A DNA stretch of 64,000 nt from an uncultured Acidobacteriota bacterium. Its GTDB lineage: Bacteria > Actinomycetota > Acidimicrobiia > Spongiisociales > ZC4RG35. Shown here piece by piece: positions 19,572 to 28,003 of this stretch (position 1 is the first letter of the stretch; each line of letters begins with the position of its first letter). A model generated the notes under the pieces. It had not been told where the DNA came from, made no database searches, and saw only the letters and a program-made list of their open reading frames with translations. The translations under genes and the position numbers were made by a program. The stretch covers positions 81,426 through 145,425 of the forward strand of contig CAWACX010000002.1 of the NCBI GenBank assembly GCA_963780755.1, in the 5' to 3' direction.

Positions 19572-19737
19572 CGATCACCAGGGCGGTGCCGGCAGCGGCG
19601 CCCAGCCCCAACGACCCGAACAAAGACAATGCTGGATCGGGCGACTCGACTCCGAGGGCGCCCCTTCTCCCCACCCCCTCCATCCGGTCGAACCTATAAG
19701 CCCCGCATCCGGCTCACAAGACCCTCGACGCTCGCTC

Positions 19738-20118
19738 TCAGGCGAGGGTGGACTCGACCACGGACCACTCGAATCCAGCCTGTTCGACGGTCCGGATCAG
19801 GTCTTCCGGTGTGAGCACCAGTTTCCCAATGACCGTCAGGACGCTGAGGTCGATGGCGAATCCTTCTATCCACCAGAGGCCCTCACGGTCGAGAGACGAC
19901 CGGATTCGGCCGTCGTCGACCTGCTTCACCGCGTCGGTGACGGGTCTGACCAGGAGCAGCGCCGCCCCACGGGCCGCGGGCAGCGGTCGCGCAGAAGGTT
20001 TCCCCATGGGATCGAAGACGACCGGCGAGCCCTGGTCCCCCGCTGCCTCGGTCAACGCCCCGATGTCGATCACAGGCTCAAAGTACTCTCGCCTGATGTC
20101 GGGACGGGCGATGATCAT
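19738..20118 (-). CDS. hypothetical protein with IspD C-terminal-like motifs
   Basis: From the ATG at 20118: MIIARPDIRREYFEPVIDIG...LLLVRPVTDAVKQVDDGRIRSSLDREGLWWIEGF...LTPEDLIRTVEQ. The PVTDxxK...LDRxxLW pattern resembles the middle and C-terminal part of IspD, but the nucleotide-binding N-terminus is missing. Confidence 0.45.
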   Translation of the reverse strand: MIIARPDIRREYFEPVIDIGALTEAAGDQGSPVVFDPMGKPSARPLPAARGAALLLVRPVTDAVKQVDDGRIRSSLDREGLWWIEGFAIDLSVLTVIGKLVLTPEDLIRTVEQAGFEWSVVESTLA

Positions 20119-20749
20119 CGTGGCGGGAGGAGCCAGTTCCCGCTTCGGCGGCGACAAGCTGATGGCCCCGATCCTCGGTCTGCCACTGGTCATGCACACC
20201 GTCGCATCCGTTTCCCGGGCCGTCGACCACTGTGTGCTGGTCTGCCGAGCGGATCAACTGGACGCCTTGCTGGCGTTCGACAGCGGGGTGGTCATTGTCC
20301 CTGGCGGTGCCACCCGGACCGGCAGCGAGCTCGCCGGCCTCGCTGAGGTGGGCGCCGAGGTCGACCTGGTCGGGATCCATGACGGGGCGAGGCCACTGGT
20401 GAGTGCCGGTTTGATCGAGCATCTATTCGACGTGGCGGCGGACGTCGGGGGAGCCGTCCCGGTCCTCACCGATGCGCCCATCGTCAGCCGCACCGACCTG
20501 ACCCGGGTGCCCGGGACCGGGCTGGCCCAAACCCCGCAGGTGTTCCGGGCTCGGCCACTCATCGAGGCCTACAAGATGGCTGAGGCACAAGGTTTCGAAG
20601 GGCACGACACGGCAGACGTCGCCCTGGCATTCAGCGATCTCGCCATCGCCGCGGTTCAGGGTGACCCTTCGAATATCAAGGTCACCTTTCCTGCCGACCT
20701 CGAGGCCGTCACGTTGGCGTTAGGGACTTCTCGTAACGGACCTCGGTGA
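20096..20749 (+). CDS. ispD: 2-C-methyl-D-erythritol 4-phosphate cytidylyltransferase
   Basis: MSGRAMIIVAGGASSRFGGDKL...GIHDGARPLV...LAQTPQVFR...DPSNIKVTFPADL. The start is ATG at 20096 or 20111. The upstream part of track ORF 19748..20749 is the antisense of the neighbouring gene. Confidence 0.85.
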   Translation: MSGRAMIIVAGGASSRFGGDKLMAPILGLPLVMHTVASVSRAVDHCVLVCRADQLDALLAFDSGVVIVPGGATRTGSELAGLAEVGAEVDLVGIHDGARPLVSAGLIEHLFDVAADVGGAVPVLTDAPIVSRTDLTRVPGTGLAQTPQVFRARPLIEAYKMAEAQGFEGHDTADVALAFSDLAIAAVQGDPSNIKVTFPADLEAVTLALGTSRNGPR

Positions 20750-21206
20750 CCTCGGTCCCACCGATTGTCTCCAAGCGAATTGGCCGCCCCAGACTCCAAC
20801 CCTGTCGCTCGTAGAAGTGACGGGCTCGGGTGTTGGCCTCCAACACCCAGAGCGAGGCGCGGTGATGCCCCAGGTCCGCAAGTCGCTGCTCCGCCGATGC
20901 CAGGAGCGCCCAACCCAGTCCGGCGCCCCAGTGCGCGGGGTCGACGTATATGGCTGCCACCTCACCCCATCCCTGGTCATCGGCACCACCGATCAGGCTG
21001 AACCCGACGACCGCTTCGTCGACCTCGGCCACAAAGGCCGATCCATCGTCGCGCTCCAACAATGACTGCCACCACGCGGTCCGGGTCTCGAGGTCGAGCC
21101 CACCGAGGAAGTCACGATCGAGAATTCCCTGATAGGCGTGCTGCCAGGCGATCACGTGCACCCGGGCAATCGCCCGAGCGTCACCGAGGGCGGCGAGCCT
21201 GACCAT
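20709..21206 (-). CDS. GNAT-family N-acetyltransferase
   Basis: 165 aa from the ATG at 21206. The acetyl-CoA motif region is IYVDPAHWGAGLGWALL...HFYERQGW. It overlaps ispD convergently by 41 nt. Confidence 0.8.
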   Translation of the reverse strand: MVRLAALGDARAIARVHVIAWQHAYQGILDRDFLGGLDLETRTAWWQSLLERDDGSAFVAEVDEAVVGFSLIGGADDQGWGEVAAIYVDPAHWGAGLGWALLASAEQRLADLGHHRASLWVLEANTRARHFYERQGWSLGRPIRLETIGGTEVTEVRYEKSLTPT

Positions 21207-21260
21207 CCGCCTCAACGTAATCGACTTGACAAACAGGCGGGAAATCCCGACCATACGGGA

Positions 21261-21851
21261 ATGGCAGTACATTCCGGCCCGCCTGACTACGACCTAGAGG
21301 ATGTGCTCAAGCTCACGGATCAGAGTCAAGTGAGAGCTCTCTTCGAGGAGACCAGGAGCGAGATCGCCAATTTACTGCTGGAGAGGGCAGCCACTATCTC
21401 CGAGCTGGCGCGGGCCCTCGATCAACCGAAAGGCACTGTCGGGCACCATGTCGGGGTCCTGAGGGAGGCGGGCTTGATAAGGGTGGTCCGGACTGAAAAG
21501 GTGAGGGCGCTGGAGGCCAAGTACTACGGGCGCACTGCGCGGACCTTCGAGATGGGGGCGAAGGTCGGCCTCGGCGTCGAATTTGCGCCGGACTACTTCC
21601 TCTCCTCAGCCGCCTCCGAATACGCACGGGCTGCCGCCAATCAACCAGAGGAAGCCCACGAATCGATGCTGAGCACGCTGCGCTATGCCCGGATCCCGAG
21701 CGACCGCGCCCAGGAATGGGCGGTGCGCCTCGGCGAGCTGGCCCAGGAGTTCGTGACCGAGAGCAGGGGTGGGGACACCACATTCGGGCTCCTTATCGCC
21801 ATCTACCCCACGGACCGACCCCACCTGCCGGATCCGGCGCAAGGCGAATGA
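21261..21851 (+). CDS. ArsR-family winged-helix transcriptional regulator
   Basis: From the ATG at 21261: ...IANLLLERAATISELARALDQPKGTVGHHVGVLREAGLIRVV. It is translationally coupled (ATGA) to the downstream MFS gene. Confidence 0.8.
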   Translation: MAVHSGPPDYDLEDVLKLTDQSQVRALFEETRSEIANLLLERAATISELARALDQPKGTVGHHVGVLREAGLIRVVRTEKVRALEAKYYGRTARTFEMGAKVGLGVEFAPDYFLSSAASEYARAAANQPEEAHESMLSTLRYARIPSDRAQEWAVRLGELAQEFVTESRGGDTTFGLLIAIYPTDRPHLPDPAQGE

Positions 21852-23200
21852 GCACTCCCCTCGGTCGGAACTACTGGAAGCTGTGGACCGCCTCCGTCAT
21901 CTCCAACCTGGGAGATGGGGTCTCCTTCATCGCCTACCCGTGGCTGGCCTCCGCCGTCACCCGCGACCCGGTCCAGATCGCCTTGGTCGCCGTGGCCACC
22001 CGGCTCCCCTGGCTGATCTTCACCCTGCCGGCTGGCGTGATCACCGACCGGGTCGATCGCCGAAAGCTGGTGGCCTGGATGGACGTGGTGCGCTTCGTCA
22101 TCACGCTCGGGGTCGCTTTCACCGTCTTCGCCGCACAGGGCCAGCTGGCCAGTCCCGATGAGATCGCGGCCGGGACCGCCCCCTCCCCTGCCAACTCCAC
22201 CCTCCTCCTGGTGGCCATCTACGCCGCCGCGCTGCTGCTCGGAATCGCCGAAGTGCTCAGGGACAATTCGGCGCAGACGCTGTTGCCCGCCATCGTGGCC
22301 GAGGAGAATCTCGAGAAGGCCAACGGACGGCTCTGGGGCGCCGAGTTGGTGATGAACTCGTTCGTGGGCCCGCCTCTGGCCGGGTTCCTGCTCGCCATCG
22401 CCTTCTCCCTGCCCTTTTTCATCGACGCCGGCTCGTTCGCAGTCGCCGCGGCGTTGATCTTCACCATCGGGGGCAACTTTCGTCCCAAGCGCTCAGCAGT
22501 ATCCGAAGCCGCGACCTCGACGTTCTGGGGGGAGTTGAAAGAAGGGGTGCGCTGGCTGTGGCACCACCCCCTGTTCCGGCCGATGGCGATCTGCCTCGGG
22601 GTGATCAACGCGATGTTCAATCTCGCCTTCGCCACCGAGGTCCTCTTCGCCCAGGAGATCCTCGACCTGGGCGCCGCCGGCTTCGGTGTGTTGATGACTT
22701 CCGGCGCCGCGGGAGGGGTCCTCGGATCATTCCTGGCAGCATCGATTTCCAAGAGATTCGGCCAGGGCCCATCGCTGTTCCTCACCCTCGGTGTGAACAG
22801 CCTCACACTCCTGGTGACAGGGCTCACTTCCTCGGCGACAGTGGCCTGGGTCATGCTCGCCCTCGGGGCGCTCACCGGGACGTTGTGGAACGTGATCACG
22901 GTCTCCCTGCGCCAGGCACTGATCCCGGATCAGCTACTGGGGAGGGTGAACTCGGTGTACCGCTTCTTCGGGTGGGGGATGATGCCGATTGGGTCTCTGA
23001 TCGGCGGCGCCATCGTTGCGATAACCGAGCCCCTCGCCGGCAGGGAATGGGCCCTGCGCACCCCTTTCATCTTCGCCGCCATCGTCACCCTCGGATCGTT
23101 GCTCTATGCACTGCCCAACCTGAACAGCCGGCGCATCGAGGAAGCCCGGCAAATGGCTCGGGATCAGGTGTCGGGCGGTGAGGCCTCGGCGGGAGCCTGA
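21848..23200 (+). CDS. MFS transporter
   Basis: 450 aa from the ATG at 21848, with about 12 predicted hydrophobic segments. The ArsR+MFS pairing is common in actinobacteria. Confidence 0.8.
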   Translation: MSTPLGRNYWKLWTASVISNLGDGVSFIAYPWLASAVTRDPVQIALVAVATRLPWLIFTLPAGVITDRVDRRKLVAWMDVVRFVITLGVAFTVFAAQGQLASPDEIAAGTAPSPANSTLLLVAIYAAALLLGIAEVLRDNSAQTLLPAIVAEENLEKANGRLWGAELVMNSFVGPPLAGFLLAIAFSLPFFIDAGSFAVAAALIFTIGGNFRPKRSAVSEAATSTFWGELKEGVRWLWHHPLFRPMAICLGVINAMFNLAFATEVLFAQEILDLGAAGFGVLMTSGAAGGVLGSFLAASISKRFGQGPSLFLTLGVNSLTLLVTGLTSSATVAWVMLALGALTGTLWNVITVSLRQALIPDQLLGRVNSVYRFFGWGMMPIGSLIGGAIVAITEPLAGREWALRTPFIFAAIVTLGSLLYALPNLNSRRIEEARQMARDQVSGGEASAGA

Positions 23201-23727
23201 GCCATGGCGTCTTCGGGCGGCGACTCATCCTCGTCACCGCTCTCGGTGATCTCCCCCTCCCCCTCGTCGCGGCCGCCAAGGACCCAAAATGCGAGGGCCG
23301 CCAACGATGCTGCTCCGAATGCCAGAGCGAGCCATCCCCAGCCGATCGTGTCGGCGCTGAGCCCCTCGTCGGCCGTGGTGCCGGTGCTCCCGTCCCCGCT
23401 CACCTCCACCCCGAGGTCGCTGAGGGTCACCACCTGGGACTGGCTGGACACCTCGCCGAGCGTCTCGAATACCACCTGGTAGTCGGCCGGCTTGACCTCG
23501 GTGGTGACGCCGAAAGTCCCATCCCCACGGTCGAGCAACGGCAACGCCAAAGTGGGCTCGTTGGGAAGGGCGAGATGCGCCACCACCGCCTCCACCTCCC
23601 CCTCGACTCCGACCTGGATCTCGATCGTCATCGACTCGTCGCCCTTGGTCACGACCTCCGCGCTGGCAGAGCCGAAGACGCCACCCAACTCGACTGCGAG
23701 GAAGATCAGGGCAGTCACGAAGTGCAT
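23164..23727 (-). CDS. hypothetical secreted/membrane-anchored protein
   Basis: 187 aa with a signal-like N-terminus (MHFVTALIFLAVELGGVFGSASA), a beta-rich middle, a C-terminal TM (WGWLALAFGAASLAALAFWVLGG) and an acidic tail. Confidence 0.5.
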   Translation of the reverse strand: MHFVTALIFLAVELGGVFGSASAEVVTKGDESMTIEIQVGVEGEVEAVVAHLALPNEPTLALPLLDRGDGTFGVTTEVKPADYQVVFETLGEVSSQSQVVTLSDLGVEVSGDGSTGTTADEGLSADTIGWGWLALAFGAASLAALAFWVLGGRDEGEGEITESGDEDESPPEDAMAQAPAEASPPDT

Positions 23728-23761
23728 AGTTCGATGTTACGCCGCTGCTCTCCCCCGGCGT

Positions 23762-24550
23762 TCAGGCCCATTCCCCCCTGGCCACCAGCAATTCTTTGAG
23801 CAGATCGGGCCGGTCGGTGATGATGCCGTCGACCCCGATCTCGAGCAGGTCCTCCATCTCGCCCGGGTGGTTGACGGTCCAGACGTGGACCTGCAAACCG
23901 CGGCTGTGCGCCGCGTCGACCAGGCGCCGGTCCACCACCCGGACCCCACGGGTCTGCACCGGCAACTGAAGGACCGAGGCCTGACCGCCGGGAGCCCGGC
24001 CAACTCGCGAGCTGAGCAACCAGCGCCGACTCAGGATCGGCCCGCTCGAGGTGGGGACCCGGCCCCCGGTGGCGGCCCGGAACTCATCGACGCGCCGGTC
24101 AGAGAAGGAGCCGACGATAAGTCGATCATGGAGCGAGAGCCGTTCGACCAAGGCAACCAGCGGACCCACGATCCCCTCACCCTTGAGGTCCACGATGAAG
24201 GACGCCTCCGGGAACGTGGTCACCGCTTCCTCCAGGGTCGGCACGCTGACATTCGTTCCCCGGAACGGATACCCGGAGTCGAGGTTGTGCCGGAAACCGG
24301 CGTCGAGCGCCGCCAACCGATCGAAGGACATCGACCGGACTTCGCCGCTTCCGTCCGTCGTCCGGTCGACGGTGTCGTCGTGGAAGCAGACGACGACGTC
24401 GTCGGCCGTGACATGGAGGTCGGTCTCGATGAACCGATAGCCGAGCCCAACGGCTCCGCTGAACGCTTCCATCGTGTTCTCAGGCCACAAGTGCCGACTG
24501 CCCCGGTGGGCAATGGCCACAGGAGGCGCCCACTGATCGGGGAGCATCAC
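23762..24550 (-). CDS. glpQ: glycerophosphodiester phosphodiesterase
   Basis: IAHRGSRHLWPENTMEAF...FIETDLHVTADDVVVCFHDDTVDRTTDGSG is the GDPD signature. Confidence 0.85.
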   Translation of the reverse strand: MMLPDQWAPPVAIAHRGSRHLWPENTMEAFSGAVGLGYRFIETDLHVTADDVVVCFHDDTVDRTTDGSGEVRSMSFDRLAALDAGFRHNLDSGYPFRGTNVSVPTLEEAVTTFPEASFIVDLKGEGIVGPLVALVERLSLHDRLIVGSFSDRRVDEFRAATGGRVPTSSGPILSRRWLLSSRVGRAPGGQASVLQLPVQTRGVRVVDRRLVDAAHSRGLQVHVWTVNHPGEMEDLLEIGVDGIITDRPDLLKELLVARGEWA

Positions 24551-24562
24551 CCCAAAGTAATG

Positions 24563-24582
24563 GACCCCGCCTGAGCGGGGCC
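24563..24582 (-). terminator. putative intrinsic terminator downstream of hup
   Basis: On the minus strand, GGCCCCGC-TCAG-GCGGGGTC forms a stem-loop about 25 nt after the hup stop. The U-tract is weak (CATTACTTT). Confidence 0.4.
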
Positions 24583-24605
24583 CATGAAACTCCCGGTTTG
24601 CGCTC

Positions 24606-24899
24606 TCAGAGCGAGACTCGGTCCTTGAGACCCTTGGCTGCTGCGAAGTGGGCGTAGTTCTTCGCGGGGATGGTGATTGTCGCCCCGGTTGCAGGATTCC
24701 GACCCTGTCGGGCGGAACGTGACTTGGTGCTGAAATTGCCGAACCCGGTGATATTCACTTTGTCGCCGGCGTCGAGCGCTATGGCGATGATTCCTTCCCC
24801 GTCCTTGGTCGAGAACAGGATCTCGATGATCTCGGCAGCCTTCGCCTTCGAGACGTCCGCCTTGTCGGCGAGTTTGTCCGCCATCTCGGATTTGTTCAC
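24606..24899 (-). CDS. hup: HU-family DNA-binding protein (short form)
   Basis: 97 aa. ...ITGFGNFSTKSRSARQGRNPATGATITIPAKNYAHFAAAKGLKD is the HU/IHF arm signature. GTG start. Confidence 0.9.
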   Translation of the reverse strand: MNKSEMADKLADKADVSKAKAAEIIEILFSTKDGEGIIAIALDAGDKVNITGFGNFSTKSRSARQGRNPATGATITIPAKNYAHFAAAKGLKDRVSL

Positions 24900-25024
24900 G
24901 AGCCCTCCTTGTGGGTCGACAGTGGCCGCCGCCAGCGCGGCGAGACAAGGTAACCATAGGCGTTGTCCCCGAAAAAACCCATCATTGCTTGATCATTAGT
25001 GTGACGATCGACCGAGGAGGACCG

Positions 25025-25804
25025 ATGTCCGTCGATTACAAGCTGGATGACGGGGTCGCGACCATCACCCTGAACCGCCCCGACCGCTACAACGCGATCG
25101 ACCGCTCCTTGAGCGAGGCGCTTCTCGATTCCCTGCAGAGGGCCGGAAGCGAGGGGCGCGCGGCGATCGTCACCGGAGCCGGGAAGGGCTTCTGCTCCGG
25201 GGCCGACCTGGCGGACCTGAAGGCCGGCTACGACAGCGGAGACGGCCCCGACCTGACCCGCCTCCTGGACGACGTGTTCCACCCGGTGGTCCACGCCCTG
25301 GTCGACTGCGCCGTGCCCACAGTCGGCGCCCTGAATGGCGTGGTGGCGGGGGCGGGCCTCGGCCTGGCCCTCGCCTGCGACCTGCGGGTCATGTCCAACG
25401 ACTCCTACCTGACTTCGGCGTTCACCGCCATTGGCCTGGTCCCGGACTCGGGGACCACCTGGTGGCTCACGCAACACCTCGGGGTGTCGAGGGCCCTCGA
25501 GATCACCATGACCAACCGCCGGGTGAGCGCGGAGGAGGCAGTCGCTCTCGGCCTGGCCATGGAGGCGGTGCCCGGTGAGGACCTCGCGGGTCGAGCAAGA
25601 GAGGTTGCCTCCACCCTTGCGGACATGGTGCCTGACTCGCTGGTCACCACCCGACGCCTGATCAGAGAAGCTGCTGTCTCCTCGTTCGAGTCCGCCCTCG
25701 ACGCCGAGCAGGCGGAACAGGGCCGGCTGGGGCGGACCATCGAGCATCGGGAAGGGGTGAGGGCCTTCACCGAAAAGCGCAAGCCCGACTTCAGGAACTT
25801 GTGA
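25025..25804 (+). CDS. enoyl-CoA hydratase/isomerase family protein
   Basis: From the ATG at 25025, preceded by GAGGAGG: VATITLNRPDRYNAID...GKGFCSGADL...LNGVVAGAGLGLALACD is the crotonase fold. Confidence 0.85.
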   Translation: MSVDYKLDDGVATITLNRPDRYNAIDRSLSEALLDSLQRAGSEGRAAIVTGAGKGFCSGADLADLKAGYDSGDGPDLTRLLDDVFHPVVHALVDCAVPTVGALNGVVAGAGLGLALACDLRVMSNDSYLTSAFTAIGLVPDSGTTWWLTQHLGVSRALEITMTNRRVSAEEAVALGLAMEAVPGEDLAGRAREVASTLADMVPDSLVTTRRLIREAAVSSFESALDAEQAEQGRLGRTIEHREGVRAFTEKRKPDFRNL

Positions 25805-25813
25805 TCGCCGCGG

Positions 25814-26221
25814 TCAGGGTCTGACCAGGAACACCTCAAGCGTGATTCGCCCTGCCTCCCCGTGGCCGAAAGCGACACCGATCTCGCCGTTGAGCCATGC
25901 CAGGTCCTCGTTGCCCGTCTGAAAGAGGATCAACTCCTTGGGGTCTGCCGACTGGTCGGGGTTGAGGATCGAGACGCCGGTCCCGGTATAGGCGACGGCT
26001 TCGCGTTTCTCGCCGATGACACCGTGGATCCTCAACTCCAGATTGCCGTCCCCTCGCACCGTGCTGTAGTCCATCCCACCCACCGGGCGCTCGCCCTCCC
26101 AATGGGGCCCTGTCGCCACTCCCTGGAAGGGAAAGTCGATGCGCATCCCGAGTGGGGTCTGGCCCAGGATCCTCCTCTCCAGGCTGGCATCGATGCTGCA
26201 GAACTTCTCGAGGCTGGGCAT
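25814..26221 (-). CDS. DUF3237-family protein
   Basis: 135 aa. The beta-barrel-like pattern ...GMRIDFPFQGVATGPHWEGERPVGGMDYSTVRGDGNLELRIHGVI... resembles DUF3237. Confidence 0.55.
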   Translation of the reverse strand: MPSLEKFCSIDASLERRILGQTPLGMRIDFPFQGVATGPHWEGERPVGGMDYSTVRGDGNLELRIHGVIGEKREAVAYTGTGVSILNPDQSADPKELILFQTGNEDLAWLNGEIGVAFGHGEAGRITLEVFLVRP

Positions 26222-26253
26222 ATCTCCTCCGGAACGACCGATTCACGGGCACG

Positions 26254-26895
26254 CTAGTGAGCGCCCCGGGAGCGCCGCAGCAGGTCCTGCACCTCGCCAG
26301 TGCTGGTCTGCGTGAAGTCGCGGTACCAGGCCCCGACTGCCATGAATCGGTGGGGTCGATGCAGGGTGACCACCAGGTCGGCGACCTCTTCGACGTGTCG
26401 CACCGCCTCGGGTGGCGCCACCGGCACCGCGACCCAGACCCGGGACGCCCCCTTGGCGCGGGCGACGTCGATAGCAGCGAGGGCGGTCGAGCCAGTGGCC
26501 AGCCCATCGTCGGTGACGATCACGGTGCGACCAGTGGGGTCGATGGCGGCTGCCGATTCTCTGTAGACCGCGACCCTGGTTTCGACTTCGTCCATCGCGG
26601 TCAGGGCCGCACCCTCGAACGCTGCTTCGCCGACCCGGGCCGCGAGCAAGATGTCGTGATTGCGGACCACAACCCCATGCTCGCCAACCGCCCCCATGGC
26701 AAGTTCCGGCTGATAGGGGACGCCGACTTTGCGCACCACGAGGACATCGAGCTCACATCCCAACGCGAGAGCCACTTCGTAGCCGACCGGCACTCCACCT
26801 CTGGGCAGGGCGGCGACCAGTGGCCTGTCCGGGTGCATCTCGGCCACCGCCTCGCCGAGCCGCGCCCCCGCTTCCCGACGATCGGCGAACCTCAT
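26254..26895 (-). CDS. phosphoribosyltransferase-family protein
   Basis: From the ATG at 26895: MRFADRREAGARLGEAV...RTVIVTDDGLATGSTALAAI contains the PRPP loop. Confidence 0.75.
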   Translation of the reverse strand: MRFADRREAGARLGEAVAEMHPDRPLVAALPRGGVPVGYEVALALGCELDVLVVRKVGVPYQPELAMGAVGEHGVVVRNHDILLAARVGEAAFEGAALTAMDEVETRVAVYRESAAAIDPTGRTVIVTDDGLATGSTALAAIDVARAKGASRVWVAVPVAPPEAVRHVEEVADLVVTLHRPHRFMAVGAWYRDFTQTSTGEVQDLLRRSRGAH

Positions 26896-26896
26896 C

Positions 26897-27884
26897 TCAG
26901 CCGTAGCGAGCGGCGTACCTGGCGAGCCAGGGCATGACGTGGGCCAGGTACTGCTCGGTCTCACCCATGGGAAGGGTCCGCGCCGCGTAGTTCATCAGCA
27001 TGACCTGGCGGGCGGCGTGGAAGCCGTCGACCTGCTCGTGGCCATCGATCGGCCAGGGAAGAAACTCCTCATAGCCCTTGCGAAATGCGGCCTGGATCTC
27101 CGAGGTCCGATCGTTCATCCGCGACGAGTAGAGGCACACCGAGACGTCCTGCGCGGGGAGGGCGATCATCACGTCCTCGAAGTCGAACGCGTAGAGCCGG
27201 GTGCGATTGGTGTGCACGTTCCACTCGTGGAGGTCACCGTGCACCACCTGTGGGGTTCCCGCTTCCCATGAGGCGTCGATCACGTTGGTCGCAGCCTGAC
27301 CTGCCTTGTCGATAATGGTTCGGCGTCCCGGGCTGAAGACGTGGTCGAAGCGGGAGTCGTAGATGATGACCGGGTCCAGGCCCTGGTCGTAGTAGAAGAT
27401 CCGGTCCCATTTCCTCATGCCTTCAGGGTTTGGTGGGCTCCAGGTGCGACCGTGGCTCTGCAAGGCGGCACACATTTGTCCGAGCTGTCTATAGCCAAAT
27501 GCCCCCGCCCCATCCGCCAGGGGCACTCCCGGCACCCAGGTGAAGAGGACGCAAGGGCGGGTGAGCTCGCTCTCCGGTTCCCGCAGCGTCCACGATGAGG
27601 GCGCCGTACCCGGTCGGGACCGGAGAGACGACGTCGATGTCGGTGTCCTTGTTCAGCGCCGACAGCCAGGCCACCTCGTACTCGATGTTGGCCCGGGAGT
27701 TGCCATAGGGGTCCCCCACCCGAAGCACCAACTGCCTGCCGTCGTCCGTGACCACTCGATACATGACGTTGGAGTGCGTCGCCAGGTGCTCCAGCTCGCG
27801 CACTTCGAACGGGTAGCGCTCGAGCACCTTCCGGGCAATGGGAAGGAGTCGCGAGGCTTCGGCGGCGATTCGGTGGGCGTCCAT
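26897..27884 (-). pseudogene. aminoglycoside/choline-kinase-like phosphotransferase (APH family), apparent +1 frame change near 27575
   Basis: The N-terminal lobe is in ORF 27489..27884 (…HSNVMYRVVTDDGRQLVLRVGDP...ALIVDAAG). The continuation ESELTRPCVLFTWVPGVPLADG...VVHGDLHEWNV...YAFDFEDV (catalytic HGDLHxxN and DFE) is in the frame of ORF 26897..27535. Confidence 0.75.
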
Positions 27885-27965
27885 GAGTCAGGTTCGATCG
27901 GTCGGTTTCGTGCCAATTCTCGCGGGGTTGAAACCGCTTCGCACCAGCCCTCCGTAATTGAGACG

Positions 27966-27987
27966 AAAAAGGTCGGTATAGCGACCT
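27966..27987 (-). terminator. putative intrinsic terminator after the hisC-like gene
   Basis: On the minus strand, AGGTCG-CTATAC-CGACCT is followed directly by TTTTT, 12 nt after the TAA stop. Confidence 0.55.
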
Positions 27988-28003
27988 GACGGTCCAAATT
28001 ACG
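27983..28003. repeat. second copy (20/21 identical) of the AT-rich motif GACCTG[A/T]CGGTCCAAATTACG
   Basis: GACCTGACGGTCCAAATTACG here versus GACCTGTCGGTCCAAATTACG at 46105-46125. Both copies are followed by a G-rich run. Confidence 0.7.

Noticed and set aside
27885-27905. GGTTCGATCGG, a T-loop-like sequence hinting at a tRNA in the hisC/APH intergenic region.
   Set aside because: The flanking bases cannot form a T-stem, acceptor stem or anticodon arm on either strand.
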